Shown: piece after piece, positions 51,001-61,755 of the stretch | How positions within the stretch are numbered: position 1 is the first letter of the stretch | Layout: the number at the start of each line of letters is the position of its first letter | From: Lytechinus pictus | Lineage: Eukaryota | Assembly (NCBI RefSeq): GCF_037042905.1 | Contig: NC_087255.1 | Span: forward strand, 26,288,001-26,352,000 | Direction of reading: 5' to 3' | DNA: 64,000 nucleotides | Notes under the pieces: generated by a model | Databases searched by the model: none | What the model was told of the DNA's origin: nothing | Seen by the model: only the letters and a program-made list of their open reading frames with translations | Program-made: the position numbers and the translations under genes

Positions 51001-52809
51001 ACTTCAGGGAATGGTCGTACGCAGCAAGGGGGAAGGGGGGGCACATTCGCGATCTGCTATTGTGAAAAACAATTTTTTTTCCCTTAACATTTCATGAAAA
51101 CTATGAAAAATTTGCAAATGTGAGATGTGCACCAAATTTTCGAGTCCTGCCCCCCCCCCCCCGGAAATATTAACTGCGTGTGGTCATGCAAAATGGCATG
51201 ACTGGAAATCCTACATTTTGAAAAGAGCATTTGACAGGGTCAGACTTTACCCCTTTTTCAACATTTTCTTTTATGGCGCCGGTGAAGTGCAAAAATATGT
51301 GCGCCGCTCGGCAGTGCGCCCCCCCCCCTTCGCCAAAAGCTGGATCCGCCTATGGTAAGGACTGTGTATTGCATTATTCCGAGTATGATGTTTCTTTCAT
51401 GTTTCAGGCAGTGCCTTTCAGGAAGACTCTCGTCGCGTTTGGATTGCTTTATTTCTGGTTTCATTTCTCGGAAATCTCATTCTTCTCGCTGTTCTTTTGA
51501 TTATATGGTAAGTATGAAAACATGACACCGGCCCACAGGGATAGAAACAAATAGAGATTTCGCTGACCTTTATTTTCTATCATATTTGTCCCTAAATTTG
51601 AAATAAAGTCTAATGCGGAAATTTACAGTAAAAAAATATTGATAAACTGCTTGTTAATACTAGAATCATGTGAATTCAATTAGAGTAAGGTTTGCATGTA
51701 GTGTTGGTGAATCTATGCTGGCCTACTTTGACGTATGCGAGCGAAGAGGCAAAGATCTAAATGGGTATGTGACAAAAAAGTGACATATCAACCGAAACAG
51801 ATTACTTTATGTGGTACAAAAAAAAATGATAACCTCTACCGGACGAAATTTGACAGAAAAATGCGAATGCTGCTATGAATGGTGGCTAATTAATCAACGT
51901 ACTAGTCGGTGTCAATGTAAATTACAAAAAATAGCTCTTTGATCGATTATCATAAGTTTTTACACTTGTTCCCTTTTGTCAACGTAGGCCAGCAGGACCA
52001 ATACTAGATGCCTTACATTTTATCATGATTCTGGTATCAAGATTGTTTAGCTATAAATTTCCGGTTGGTCTTTCACCGCTTCGTGTAGGCCTACTTTCCG
52101 TTTCGTCTCACCCCCGCAAATGGAAAATATAGTACTCCATGTTCGATCGTCTACAACCAGATCGTCTACTTACCATTTGAGTATATTGCCATAAAACCTA
52201 TTTACCTTCTTGTCCTAATTCTATTTAGGCTATACAAATTTCGTCTTACTGGTCTAACACAACATGTATATAATTATGGTTATATAAACTCTTTATGAAC
52301 CAAATTTTCAGATAAATTAAGAAATATAATTTCAGCTAAATGAGGCAAAAGGTGGGCATATTTCATATCAACTTCCGTTGCATTTCAAGTAATCACTCCA
52401 CAATTATTTACAGATTTTTTTAAAATAGATATTTCTTTAATATTTCCATGTATTTCTGTTATCATGGGATTCTGCCCCATCCTTCAAACTTACAGTATAC
52501 TATTAAAAGAAAATCATCCCGATTCTTTTTACAAACAGCAAGTGGAAGCAGAAGAAGCAGGACCTGTCTCACTTACGTGCTGCCCCAATAAGAGCAGGGG
52601 GAGGAGGAGCAAGAGGAAGCGACCCAAAGAGCTCCCATTACGAGCTACCTCAACAAAGTGGAGTCAGGCACGAATACCAGGGTCTTAAGGTGACTGGGAG
52701 CAGCGCTGATGAATACCAATGTCTTAAGATGACTGGAAGAAGCGCTGATGAGCAGGTATACGCCGACATCGAAGATCCAGAAAAAAACTACATCAATATC
52801 CCTTCTTAA
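43818..52809 (+). CDS. Receptor B: paralog of receptor A (C-type lectin + Ig-like + FN3 + TM + ITAM-bearing tail), exons 2-8 (~500 aa with candidate exon 1)
   Basis: Exons: 43818-43969, 44448-44563, 45383-45534 (WAPSQPDN..DCACLW..GQWDDDRC..NFICQ), 46620-46925 (Ig-like), 47698-48033 (FN3, LTGLDPGTEYNISVSAVREG), 51408-51507 (TM VWIALFLVSFLGNLILLAVLLII), 52539-52809 (tail ending VYADIEDPEKNYINIPS*). Intron phases match receptor A, and the three CTL exons have the same sizes (152/116/152). Confidence 0.87.
44971..45050. repeat. (ACT)n/(GCT)n microsatellite
   Basis: Read directly from the sequence. Confidence 0.9.
45793..45955. mobile_element. MITE with GGGGGGCGTTTCAT termini, CTG target duplication
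   Basis: CCTGGGGGGCGTTTCATCAA ... TTTCATGAAACGCCCCCCTGG. Confidence 0.8.
46367..46590. mobile_element. CACTG-ended (EnSpm/CACTA-like) MITE
   Basis: Ends CACAGTAAAAAAC / GTTTTTACAGTG, with an internal inverted pair TAAGCCAACCACTC.AAC / GTTGGAGTGACTGGCTTA around TTTAAAC repeats. Confidence 0.55.
47313..47556. mobile_element. hAT-type MITE with perfect 8-bp TSD
   Basis: TTTAGTGG|CAGGGGCGGAAATC ... GATTTCTGCCCATG|TTTAGTGG. Confidence 0.85.
48830..49670. repeat. Complex minisatellite built from ~17-20 bp AATC(G/A)GCGCC units
   Basis: Recurrent AAGAATAATCAGCGCC / ATCTGGTTATAAATCGGCGCC / ACCTAAATCTAAATCGGCGCC / GAGTCTTAACCGGCGCC blocks. Confidence 0.9.
50090..50751 (-). mobile_element. Partial inverted copy of the 27495-29211 element
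   Basis: Reverse complement of 27495-27600 plus 28470-29000, ending GGATCGACGCCCCTA. It lacks the nested foldback MITE at its (TA)n site. Confidence 0.75.
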
Positions 52810-52859
52810 AGACATCGGATACCATTTTACTACTAATAAAAATAACAATGAAATTCCGA

Positions 52860-53199
52860 TTTCATATAGCGGTTATACATCGGAGCGGCATCTCTAAGCG
52901 CTTTATAGATACTGTACTATTACCCCGGTCATCGGATCCTGGCATACCCGCACTTTCTTGACTCCATGGTCATGCTCGTGAGCATTGGGATTTCAAAAAT
53001 CGTTTTTATTTTCAATTTCTATGCAATACTACATAGGCTTTTGCATCCTACCGTATATCTCTTTAACAGCTGGATGGAGAGCGACATAGTTTGGGTCGAT
53101 GCCTTGCCAAAGGACGCTAGGCCGCGGTGGGATTCGAACACTTGGCCATCTGATAACAAGGCGAGAGTCATGCAGAACCTGCTACACCACGACGCTTCC
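52860..53199 (-). mobile_element. tRNA-derived SINE just downstream of the receptor B stop codon
   Basis: The minus strand begins GGAAGCGTCGTGGTGTAG (A-box-like), has GTTCGAATCCC (B-box), and ends AAAGCGCTTAGAGATG...CGCTATATGAAA. Confidence 0.6.
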
Positions 53200-53471
53200 G
53201 TTATAAAGGCCTTAAATCCAGAACCTTGAAGTGTGTTGTATTTAATATAGGTGGTATGGATAACAAAAGGACCATGGAAGAAGAAATGTCGTGAAGACAC
53301 TTTCAAGACAGCAGATCTCGGGAAAAATCAGTAAAATGAAAAGAACATTTCGAATGAAAATACCTGTGACTGAAAAAAAAAATAATGTGATTCATTTACT
53401 GGGGAGTAACAAATACATTTTATGGAATAAAGTTGGGAATGGTGTTTCCACTCACTTCATGTTTTACTTCT

Positions 53472-54025
53472 TTAAAGTGATTGGCTAACATTGATTTGAA
53501 TTTTAAGACATCTGCGCTAGAAGGTCACACTTGTCACCTGTGTCTGTGACATGTTACAAAAATGAAGCCCAGAAAAAATCGCGTCCGAAAATCATTAATT
53601 AGTGCTTTAAAAAGTGAAACATAAAGTGACCGGAAACACCATCTTAATTTCATCCCATACACTTGTGTGTTCTATTTAAGTGTATTTAAGACGCCTAATT
53701 ACAAAATCAGGGTTTGCTTTGTATTTTTAGCTTTTCATTCTCAATAATGGTTGTTTTCAGGTTTTTTTAGTTCTAGTACATGTTATACATGTTTCATCTT
53801 GGTTTGAGAATTTTTTAAATCGACTGCTCACAAAGTTAAATAATACCTTTAAAGCACTAAACAATAATTTTCAGGTGCAGTTTTACGTGTGTGTGTGTGT
53901 GTGTGTGTGAGTGTGGGTGTGTGTCTGGGCTTTGGTTTTACAATATATTACTGACACATGTGACAAATGTTAACTTGCGGCTCAGAATTTTTTTAAGTCA
54001 AATCAGTTTTTACTAATTCCTTTAA
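53472..54025. mobile_element. Degenerate TTAA-flanked (Kolobok-like) MITE
   Basis: TTAAAGTGATTGGCTAACATTGATTTGA ... TCAAATCAGTTTTTACTAATTCCTTTAA, with further imperfect inverted similarity (TTGTCACCTGTGTCTGT / ACTGACACATGTGACAA). Confidence 0.45.
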
Positions 54026-54518
54026 GTACAACATTAGCAATTCACGTTGCATATTCCTGAGGCATCATGTACATGTAGGTCTATGTATATTCGTGATATT
54101 GATCCATCTATGAGTGTTGCCGTAGACTTCTTTCTCTTGATAAGCCTCCCTAAAAATAATTACACTCGCGGTCATTAATTTCTTTCCAAACTATACTCTT
54201 GAATGCATCGTTCATATAATTATACATGATTATTTGTTATTACTCAACTACTTTCATATATTTATTGGATTGTTACATTCCAAATATAATTTGAATTGCA
54301 GTTATCTTCATGATTTAGAAACCTACAGACTGAATTTATTTTTATTTTACTGTAATGTTTTCAAATATTAAAGTCAAATGAAATAAATTTGAGAAGTACA
54401 TTTCAGTTGATGTCTATTCATTTCTTTACATATTCAAAATCAATAAAAGAAAATAGTCCTCTACCTTTTTCTCTCTATCGACTGGGGCATTAATCCGAGG
54501 AAATACGGAGGGGCTTAA

Positions 54519-55033
54519 AGGGATGGTCCGGGCTGAAAGTATGTATAGCTTAATAAATAGGGTAGAATTCACAGAGCAAAATGCTGGAAATTTCATCAAA
54601 ATCGGATAACAAATAACAAAGTTATTGAATTTTAAAGTTTAGCAATATTTTGTATTTTATTACATGAAATTAGGTTTATTCAATTTTTTTCCTCCAAGAA
54701 CTAGAAAAATTGGACTGACAACTGATTTAGTGCATTATATATTTATTGCTGCAACTTATTTTTTTATAAGGAGACATATTATTCACACAAGTATGAAATA
54801 ATGAAAAAAATATGATTTTATGTAATAACATAAGAAAACGGAAAGTGGAGATGTGACATCATCAGCCCACCTAATGAATATTCATGACGACTGTTTTCAC
54901 AAAATATTGCTAAACTTTAAACTTCAATAACTTTATCATTTGTTATCCGATTTTGATGAAATTTTCGGCATTTTGCTCAGTGAGTTCTACTCTATGTATT
55001 AAGATATAAATAATTTCAGCCCGGACCATCCCT
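54519..55033. mobile_element. Kolobok-like MITE, TTAA TSD, ~135-bp TIRs
   Basis: TTAA|AGGGATGGTCCGGGCTGAAA ... TTTCAGCCCGGACCATCCCT|TTAA. Confidence 0.85.
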
Positions 55034-55259
55034 TTAAGAGAAAATATTATCCACAGATTCATTGGTTGCCTACCAGTGTTATAAAACAAATAATTTAGAG
55101 GATTTAAAGTCGGTACGTTAGTGGCAATGCAAGCATCTCGGGTATTGGCAATGTTAATGTAAAAGCGCATTCTACATGTTCTAAATACACCTACGGACGC
55201 TGTATCGCACGGACCATCATACTCGAAACTCTGCATTATTTGTATATAAAATACACATA

Positions 55260-58200
55260 TTATGTCCTTTTGACGGTGATGATGGCGATTATCAAATCCA
55301 TGATGATCGGAGAAATGACGAGACATGATTCAATTAAACTGGCAACTCCAAGTATACAGAACATGATATCAAATGATTCGGTGGCATTGTACGCAGCACC
55401 TGTTGAAAACAAATGATACAAAAGATTCTTAAATTCATTACAATGATGCATATCTTTATCGTCCAATAACCATGATAACTTAAAACATAAAAAATACTAT
55501 GAAAAATATCTCACATTCCCTGTAGTGTTTTATAAAAAAAATGTTTGTAAAGTTCTCGTGACCATTTGAGCCCAATTGTTTTTATTGAGTTTTCAAGAAA
55601 CTCAAATCTTAAGATGTTAAGTAATTACAATCTAGAGGAGTGAAAAAGTAGCAATATTTTTGAAAGTTTGTACGCAATGGTACAATGAAAAATGATGTAT
55701 TTCTTAAGAATTTGTAATTACCGTACATATAATTGTTTTAATAGTCAAATTGATTTGTTCCTTGTCAAACAGCTCAATATGCTCCAATACACAAAACGTC
55801 TAAATATATTCTAAAGAACTCAGTCATATATTATATAGAGGACATTTTGGCAATATGCTATTTGTTGTAGTACTAATCCGAAAGTGGAAGTGCTTAGAGG
55901 AAACAAAAAAATTTAATAAACATCCCCCGTTCCCGATGATTTTTGCTTTCATTTATATTCGTCTTTTCGTAACCAGAATACATGGAAAGGGGATTAAAAC
56001 ATAATGTCGTAAACCGGAATCCATATTTCGAATGAATACACCATTGGGTTATGAAAAGTTGACATTATCTTCAAGAAAGAATGGACGTCAATGCATGCTT
56101 CATAGTTTTTCTGTTTAAAATTCAATTTTCTTTCTGTACCTTCGCCTTAACTGGGTTCTCTTAAAAAAACAAGACAAACATGGTACCAAAAAAGAAAAAA
56201 AGAGAAAACTAGATTTAAAAAATCAAATCTTTTGTGACATACCAATGATAAAACCGGCGAATGACTCTCCTAAACCAAAGATCAGTGATACTAAAATCAT
56301 TGCAGATGGAAATCTTTCTTCTGGGACACTGCTCTTGGAAAGCAGTGTAGCACTGATGACCTTCACCCCCCCTGCAAAGGCATTCACGGCCGCTAAACAG
56401 CCAAGAACGAGGAAACGCTTGGTGAAGGAATTGTAAAAGTACGCCGCTGCCGACAGGATGCAGACCAAACTGTAGATGATCTGTGGTCTAATGTTGAATC
56501 GGGCAGAAAGGAGTCCCATGGTGAGTCTTCCAGAGATGTTCGCAGTCCCACCAACGGTTGCAAGTAAGACTGCTCTGTCGGGAAGGATACCCTTGGCTTC
56601 GGCATTTGGGATCAAGAATACAATCCAACCATAGTAGCTGACGGCAGAAGCCACCTCGGCCAGGCAGAATATGGTGAAGCGAGGGTATTCATAGAGGAGT
56701 TTTAGGTCAAATGTATCCAGAAACATCTTTCTTGCGATCTTGATGATAGAATGGAAGAACCCATCTTCATTCCAACCATCTTTCACCCCGTCACCACCAC
56801 CACGACGACCACCACCACCCCCACGACCATCACCATCACCACCGCCATCGTAATCATTACCATCGGCGTCAACACCATCTTCACTTCCGGGACCAAACGC
56901 ATCTCGTTCATTTATCAAGGATACTGTTAATTCGGGGTCTTCATTAACCTGTGATGAGTGTGATTTTGCCGATCTGACCTTTGGTTCAGCATGCTGATGA
57001 TCACTGGTCATCATAAGCAACGCCGTTACACAGGAGTGTAGGTTCAAGGCCCCTATGACAAGAATAGCTCCTCGCCAGGAGTAAACCTCGTCGAGAAGTT
57101 CTGTAAGTAATGGGAGTGTCATCATACCAACACCACTGCCGAGGAGGACAATGGTAGAGGCAATCTCAAAGTGATCTGGAAAGTAATAGATCACACTGAT
57201 CTGGGCAGGAAGGATGACTACGCTATAACCAAACCCTGGTAATGAACAGAATAGAGGTAACAATATTATTAAGTTTTATGTTCTCAGTGTTGCCACTCAT
57301 ATTCGAAATACTCTCTCCTTGAAGAGTTAGATATAGTTTTGTAAAGACCATCCTCTTCCTTAAATTTGCTATGATAAGACTATTACGTCTACGTTAAGTG
57401 TACTTTACAACACTATGTACGGTACAAACTGTCATAAGGCTAAATTTTGGAATTTTTAGGAGCCAAGATATGTTTAGTATATTGGGGTCATAAAAACGAG
57501 GGAGCGGAGTGATCGGGCGAGAGCTATTAGGTTTTGAAAGTAATGCGAAATCGGGTTAATTTAAGCATTCAAATGCGTTCAAAGATTAATTCGTTTAGAC
57601 ATTAGATCAGTGTTTTGATATTTCAGATTTGATAAGTTTTGTGTGTGGGGGGGGGGGGGGTGAAGCAAGTGATGTTTGTACACCCCACCGTCAGTTGATT
57701 CACCAATAAAAGAATAATGCATTTGAATGGGTTCTAGTTTAACCCACAAAACGGTTAATTCCCTCCAAGAAGTTTATCAAAATTTTGATATTGGTCGATT
57801 AATGTCAATAACAAATAAAAAAACATTATAATGATTATACTGACCAAAAAAAATCGTTCAATCAGTTATTCAAATATTTGGACGATATTAGCATCAGCAT
57901 TTAATTTAGGTAAGTTCTGAGTAGAACACTGATCTTGAGTATTCCTTGCAATATTATCCGCTCTTTGTCCAGGAGAACTTTGCTGAAAAGAATACACAAC
58001 TACAGTCCTTTTGAGGACCTATACTAGCAGGGGTTCTCAAACTACGGCCCGCGGGCCGGATCCGGCCCGCGGAGCTTCTCAATCCGGCCCGCGAGACTCT
58101 GCTGGGTTTTTTTAATCACTTTTAAGTCACAATATGAATCATAGCTCAATATGATTACATTGTGTATCCATGAAAAAGTAATAAAAGTAATGACAGTCAA

Positions 58201-60648
58201 ATAAATTTGACTTTTAAGCAAAGTTTAGTGGAGTCTTTTCTGTCTGTTCGATCTACTTTCTTATTAGATGACCTGCGCTGTTCTCACCATGTTTGGATGT
58301 ACATAATACAGGTGCGAAAGTGCATTTTCCACAATGAATATTTTAAAGAACTATCTCATACTGCAGTACCTTTACAGGGCCCGCGGAACGGTTTTCAAAG
58401 TGGGGAGGGGGGGGGGGGTGTGGCCATGCAAAAAATCACAATCATATGGTTATTTTTATGTTTTTGTACATGGTTTTGGAAAAAAGTGGGGCGGGGGGGG
58501 GGGGGCTTCAGCCCCCCCCCCTTCCGTGGCCCCTGCTTGACCAGTGAACATTTGCACCAATGCGTTCGTCTGGCAATTACACCTTTTGTGCCAAGGTTCA
58601 AGCACCTTGTTGCTGACAGTGTCACTTTTCCCACATTGAAAGTGATTATGAGACTGACATCCTTGTTAGAGTCTACAACAGACATGCTCTATTATTCAAT
58701 CTACTTTTACAAAATAATTTATTTGATACTTCAAGACATTATCTGTCTCCCCAATACCAGGTATGTATAGGTACAATCTAGATTCCTTTTAACAAAGTAC
58801 TACAATTTTGTTATCATTAATATTGACTCTCGCTGTATTTTGATTTTTTTTCTTTTAATTTTGCCTGCGTTCCATATGAAACTGTTATAAATTTGTTGGA
58901 TGTTGGATAAATGCTCCCAAAATAAGGGCCAGAGTGCACAAGAGAGCATCTAGGACCCCAACCGCAAGGGTCTTTGCGCTTCGCACAAATTTTTTTTTTT
59001 ATAAGTATCCACTTCACTCTGGCCCTTTTAGGTTTACTTGGAGTCTCATCTGGCCCTTCAAAGAAAAAGTTTGAGAAACCTTCTACGCTCACAGAGATCA
59101 TTGTCGTACTTTATGAATGTTCAACATTACAATAATTAACTGATAACATACCTACTAAGATCATTAGTAGAAGAAAATGTACCCAAGCTGTTGCAAAACA
59201 CATTAGGCTGAATCCTGTACCAGCTATGACACTGCCTGCGAAGACGAGTTTACCGGCTGAAAACTTCTTAAGAAGGGGAATATTCATCACCGCTGAAAAA
59301 AAACGACAACAGGGCAACACCCGAATACATTTCCATTACTGATTCAAGGAATAAAACATATAACCTATCATAGTTATTAAGATAAGTGATTAAAATGTTA
59401 ACTAAAAATTATAAAAAGTATATAAGTACTGATATTATTAATATTAAAAGGTATATAAATATGTTACATGGACACCATGGTTTCCATGCAAAGCCATTTC
59501 ACATTATTTTGATCTGCGACCTTTTGGTACACGATAGGCTGCAACAGGCATCAATCGCTAGCTGTCTTATAAGATCACATAAAGGCTCTCACAAATGCAA
59601 CAGCTGTCGTACAACAAAAGCGACCAGTAAACACCGTTGAAGAAATAAGTCGCATTTGCTCGCACAACGCTCGTGCGAGAGGCATTTGCGTTCACATGCA
59701 AATGTTGCAAGACTGATGGCGAGTGGTTCTATACCAATCCCAACATGCACGACCGATTGCATCGTATTGAGAGTCGACGTACGTGAGGCAACGCGATCGC
59801 TCATGCGATTGAATGAAACCGGTGAGAGCGTTCGTGTTAGTGATGTGAGGTTTAAAACCTCCTTAAACAATTGAATGATATGCAGAAGAATATAGGTACA
59901 AAACAAGAAGAAACTATTAGAGGACCCTAGGAACTCTCTGACTGAAGCTCATTTTTAATTCCCCTACATCACCCCGAGGAACGGTCGTATGTATCATGCG
60001 CATGCGGTAATGCAACGTTCTAAGCCGTGTTGCGATCGGTCTTGCAACAGTCTCATGGTCTCTATGTTATCGCACCCGCGGTCACAAGACTGGTCTGTGA
60101 AGATCGCTAGCGCACGTGCAGGTGTTGCATGACCTCCAGCCGAATAAATGAAAAGTCGTGCCAAATTAAGTCGTGCAACTTTGCACAATGCAATATTCGC
60201 CGCGACAATCGCAAGACTGACCGTATACGATCTGATGCGAGTGAATCGACATCGACCGCGCCAAATTAAAGAACTCGGGAGCGTTTAATCAACATTTTTG
60301 TCTGACAATTAGACAGTAACTTTGTCGGATCTGACAACTTTCCTTGATTTTGAATGGCTGAGAAGCGCTCCCAGATCACAATATTATTGCGTTTCTTGGT
60401 CTTGGTCCATATCGAGGAGATATAAAGAGAAGGGTCTTACCAAAGAATTGTGCAACGCTATGAGATAGTCCAATCGCAAGTCCGACGACACCAATTGACG
60501 TTTGGAATTCGTTTGCCATTTCCTCCAGGATGACGCCGAGTGATTTTATCGATCCGATGTCGAAATATCCGACGGCGAATAATCCCACGAGGACCAGCCA
60601 TCTTTTCATTGAATGGGGTCTACTGCGCTGCGAGTCCATTATTGTCAT
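55260..60648 (-). CDS. SLC16/monocarboxylate-transporter-family MFS permease (~493 aa, 4 coding exons)
   Basis: Exons 60648-60441, 59292-59152, 57235-56243, 55399-55260 (1482 nt, all phase-1 GT-AG introns). About 12 hydrophobic segments with SLC16-like motifs WLVLVGLF..G..KSLGVIL, YFPDHFEIA..I..LGSGVGM, YSWRGAILVIGALNLH, A.ISGRL..G.LS and GAAYNATESF. The subfamily cannot be assigned. Confidence 0.88.
58029..58100. mobile_element. hAT (Charlie-like) terminal fragment
   Basis: CAGGGGTTCTCAAACTACGGCCCGCGGGCCGGATCCGGCCCGC is a typical terminus; the partner end is not seen. Confidence 0.55.
58375..58535. mobile_element. MITE, second copy of the CAGGG(G/C)CCGCGGAA family
   Basis: CTTTA|CAGGGCCCGCGGAA ... 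TTCCGTGGCCCCTG|CTTGA; the interior is the reverse complement of 32664-32823. Confidence 0.8.
59490..60275. mobile_element. Probable Harbinger-like transposon remnant in SLC16 intron 1
   Basis: CGAT/TCGCA/GCAAGACTG-rich blocks, similar in texture to the 31670-33570 subtermini; termini not resolved. Confidence 0.35.
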
Positions 60649-60789
60649 CAGAATCTAACCTGTGGATTCAAAGTTCATAGACTCTGTAATTAGACAGTTT
60701 TCCATATCGTGGTTACGGGACAGTGTTTTGAGGGCGATCATTGCCGACAGAACAGTGCGATTTCGCTTGAAACAGTCCACCTGGCAGTG

Positions 60790-61051
60790 TGTGACGAGAT
60801 AATAATACATGTTTAAGTCTGGGGGAGAGACTAAAAAAAGGATATCGCTAGGTGAACAACGGACCTGTGAGTCGATCGGAATCGTCATGTGTATATATTT
60901 GTAAATAAACTGTTTTTAAACGATTTGACACGGCGTGGCTTGTTTGCTAATTCAGGAGTGTCTGAATGGAGAACAAGATTCAGGAGGTTTACGTTGGAGT
61001 TTGTCCAGGACAGGTAACAATAAGAGCTTGTCAGGACCAGCAAACGTAACA
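60790..61051 (+). mobile_element. 5' LTR of a Gypsy element
   Basis: TGTGACG...CGTAACA inverted termini, internal AATAAA (60904), immediately followed by a PBS. Confidence 0.75.
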
Positions 61052-61052
61052 G

Positions 61053-61066
61053 TGGGGGCTTGTCCG
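61053..61066 (+). promoter_or_regulatory. Primer-binding site, tRNA-Pro type
   Basis: TGGGGGCTTGTCCG, 1 nt after the LTR end, matches the tRNA-Pro PBS TGGGGGCTCGTCCG at 13/14. Confidence 0.8.
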
Positions 61067-61755
61067 TGAATCAATCCTCCGCCTAACAGTGGGGGCTTGG
61101 TGATGAGAGTCGAACCAGAACTCTCGGCGTAAGTTGTATCGAAGTACCGTATAACGTATAATGCTAGCGCCGGCAAAGTCGCATGAACGTATTATCGATG
61201 CCGTGTGCAATCGTATTCAACGTGAGGATTGTCATTAGACATTTGCATGGGTGTGTGTACACGTAGATGTAATGCCATGTGTGTGTGGATATCGCTGTCA
61301 GTTGTTGTGTATGACGCTGTGTGATGGCGCACAAGGTTGAGTATGGCGTGCCGTTTGTCCCATAGGCAATTCCATGTATTTCAGTGTGTCTCGCTATGCG
61401 ATGTGTTTTTGTCACGTAGTGTTGAATGGAATTTGGGTTGATGATATTTCAACTGGTTAACCATTTTTTAAAGGGTTGCTGTGTCGGTTAATGGAAACTG
61501 ACAGTGTCGACTGGAGTCAAGTTGACAGTGTGGTTGGAAAAATTTTCAACTGGGGTGACCGAGTCAGGTTACCGTTTCTGTAGGTTGAGGTCATATCTAC
61601 AGGGTCAGCCAGGTCAGGTTGACATTTTCTTCTGTGGTTGATATAATTTTCAACTGTGATAACCGTATTGGTTATTGTCTTGGCTAAGAATTAAAGGTTT
61701 TCTTTAGCTGTTTCTAGTCTTTTCAGCGTTAAAGATTAGGGGTCTTTTGTTGACC

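Larger units (their letters stand above)
48521..51354. mobile_element. Probable composite non-autonomous hAT-like element in intron 6 of receptor B
   Basis: GTAAG|CAGTGGCGGATCCAG ... CTGGATCCGCCTATG|GTAAG. It encloses a minisatellite and a copy of the 27495 element family. Confidence 0.55.

Noticed and set aside
52750-52780. VYADI as an ITIM
   Set aside because: Position Y-2 is Gln, not I/V/L/S. Pairing with YINI six residues later fits an ITAM better.
53120-53199. tRNA gene
   Set aside because: A/B boxes are present, but there is no convincing cloverleaf and it continues into a SINE-like body.
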